Shown: positions 61,770-64,000 of the stretch, in pieces
Layout of the letters: each line of letters starts with the position of its first letter
Numbering within the stretch: the first letter of the stretch is position 1
Assembly: GCF_039654945.1 (NCBI RefSeq)
Contig: NW_027361875.1
Coordinates: 9,052,001 to 9,116,000 of the forward strand
Direction of reading: 5' to 3'
Length of the DNA stretch: 64,000 nucleotides
From: Dendrobates tinctorius
Taxonomy: Eukaryota
The notes under the pieces: generated by a model
What the model saw: only the letters and a program-made list of their open reading frames with translations
Databases searched by the model: none
Told to the model about the DNA's origin: nothing
Made by a program: the position numbers and the translations under genes

Positions 61770-63495
61770 ACCCCTTAACAACCACCGATACGCCTTTTAA
61801 AGGCAGCAGTTAAGGGTACTTAACAGCCTTTTAATGGCGCTGAGAAATAAGAGTATAGCACCCTCCAGTGTCAGAAAATCTCTGGGGTCTTGGCCACACG
61901 GGGTAGCCGAGACCCTGGAGAACATGATCAGCTGTTATTCACCAATTAACGGCGATCACAAAAAAAAGTCAGATTTACAAATCATTTCTCTCTTCTCTGA
62001 TATGATCTAGTATATCAAAGAAGAGAGAAATGGGGTCCCTCAAATCCCCCAGTACCATCCCTGGACTCTCCTGCTCCATCTACCGACCCTCCGCATCATC
62101 TTCCTGGAACAAGATGGCTGCCACATGCGCAATGAGCCTGCTGAGATCTGCAGGCCGGTACCTGGCAACAATAGGGATTTTTTCCTATTGATTCCTTTTG
62201 ATCACTGTAATTTTTTCAATTCTTTGCAGTTAGGGTTGGGGTTAGGTTTGGAGTTGGGGTTAGGGTTGTGTTAAGGTTAGGTTTGGAATTAGAATTGGAT
62301 TTTTTTCGAGAGTAAAAAAAACAAAATGATGATGATATGACAACTAGTGTTGAGCGCAAGTACTCGCTACTCGAATTTGCATCGGGTGGTCGGGTAAGCT
62401 CGTAGTATCGCAGATGTTTTTTGGGGTGTGTCTAGCATCCGCAAAACATGCGGGGCAGGGATTCTGGCATGTCACTCGAGCACCTGCAATATTTGGTGCA
62501 TACCCGAGCATCTGATGCAAACTGCGCTCAACACTAATGATGATGTATTCAATATGACGACCTAATGTTAGCAAATTCTGTGTCGTACCTGTGGGTTAAA
62601 AATGCTCACAAAATCCCTGATTTCCAAAATGGTGTCACTTGTGGGGGATTTCCATTGTTTAGGCACATCAGGGGCTCTCCAAATGCAACATGGTGCCCGC
62701 TCTCAATTCCAGCCAATTTTGCGTTGAAAAAGTAAAATGGCGTTTCTTCTCTTAATAGCTTTGCCATGCACCCAAGCAGTGGTTTTCCCCCACATATGGG
62801 GTTTCTTTGTACTCAGGAGAAACTGCACAACAAATTATTTGGTCCATTTTCTCTTGTTACCCTTGAGAAAATAAAAAAGCTTTGGTCTAAAGTAATTTTT
62901 TTGTGAAAAAAGTTAAATGTTAATTTTCCTTTCACATTCCATTAATTCCTGTGAAGGGTTAATAAACGTCTTGAATGTGATTTTGAGCACCTTGATGGGT
63001 GCACTTTGTTGAATGGTGTCACTTTTGGGTTCTTTCTGCCATACAGGTCCCTCAAAATCATTTCAAATGTGAGGTGGTCCCAAAAAAATATTTTTGTAAA
63101 TTTTGTTGGAAAACTGAGACTTCGCTGGTCAACTTTTAACCCTTCTAAAAATGATGTTTCAAAATTGTGCTGATGTAAAGTTGACATGTGGGTAATGTTA
63201 TTTATGAACTATTTTGTGTGACATAACTCTCTGATTTAAGGGCACAAAAATTAAAATTTGAAAATTGCAAAATTTTCTAAATTTCTCTCAACTTTCCGTT
63301 TTTTAGCATAAATAAATATAAGACATATCAAATAAATTTTACCACTATCATCAAGTACAATATGTCATGACAAAACAGTTTCACAATCAGAGGGATACGT
63401 TGAAGCATTCCAGAGTTATAACCACATAAAGTGACAGTGGTTATAAATTTTAAAATTTAGCCTGGTCATTAAAGTCAAAATTGGCAAAGGGGGGT
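61770..63495. mobile_element. TTAA-type non-autonomous DNA element with an internal TAGGGT-like tract
   Basis: TTAA|CCCCTTAACAACC start; degenerate TTAGGG-like repeats at 62230-62290; degenerate right end. Confidence 0.55.
62345..62536. mobile_element. hAT MITE with TAGTGTTGAGCG TIRs (related to the large hAT)
   Basis: TAGTGTTGAGCGCA ... TGCGCTCAACACTA; flanks ATGACAAC / ATGATGAT are compatible with a decayed 8-bp TSD. Confidence 0.75.
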
Positions 63496-63644
63496 AAAAG
63501 CTTTTTGTAAAATAATTATTATAAAGTTTCCGAAAAGTTGAGTTGTATGCCTCATTAGTATGAAGTATAAAAAAACTATATTGTGGTACCATATTAGCCA
63601 CAAAAATCTCATGTAAATGCTTTTATGCCACAAAAAGAAAGAAA

Positions 63645-63820
63645 TATTCTAGGAGTGATACCTTTATTTGCTAACCAGAAAAATGTTATTTGCAAGCTAC
63701 CAGAGCACAGTGACTCCTTCATTGGGCATTTGTAAACCTGCCGGTAGGAGCCACTGGGCTTTGATATCTTGCAAATAACATTTTTCTGGTTAGCAAATAA
63801 AGGTATCACTCATAGAATAT
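63645..63820. repeat. Palindromic element, probably two inverted Penelope-type termini
   Basis: GAGTGATACCTTTATTTGCTAACCAGAAAAATGTTATTTGCAAG and its exact reverse complement at ~63768-63811. Confidence 0.8.
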
Positions 63821-64000
63821 TTCTGTCTTCTTGGGGCTTAAAAGTATTTACATCAATGCCTCATTAGCATATTCTCATCCCATAATTCTATGGACGAATA
63901 ACCCAAAATTCTTAGCTGTATGGTACACTACACGGCAGCACACAGGCTTTTGACAAGCCCGATGCTGTGCCATGGTTCTTCCATTTCATTATTTAGGAGA

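Noticed and set aside
62230-62295. Interstitial telomere
   Set aside because: Short, degenerate TTAGGG-like tract internal to a dispersed element.

Overview
Eukaryotic, vertebrate DNA, most likely an anuran (frog) genome judging by its repeat repertoire. The window is almost entirely nested transposable elements: Tc1 (DD34E and DD37E), hAT, PIF/Harbinger- and T2/Kolobok-type MITEs, TTAA elements, a Helitron, L2, CR1, Penelope and chromoviral Gypsy. The only host gene is a two-exon NK2 homeobox gene (NKX2-8/Nkx2.9-like, 56413-57264, +), about 1.25 kb downstream of a 152-N assembly gap. The most unusual structure is a 13.7 kb hAT DNA transposon (21260-34923, TIR TAGAGTTGAGCGA, perfect 8-bp TSD GTGGAGAT). 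It encodes a long BED-finger transposase flanked by two unrelated tandem arrays of ~130-bp period. Downstream of the transposase it carries a long hairpin, a heavily diverged 18S rRNA-derived segment in antisense orientation, and a chimeric 223-codon ORF built partly from a duplicated piece of the transposase. Between its promoter and transposase sits a young sushi/PEG10-like Gypsy with intact gag-pol, a GGGAAAC -1 frameshift signal and a self-priming PBS; its 3' LTR has lost R-U5. Family names come from recalled motifs, not database searches.
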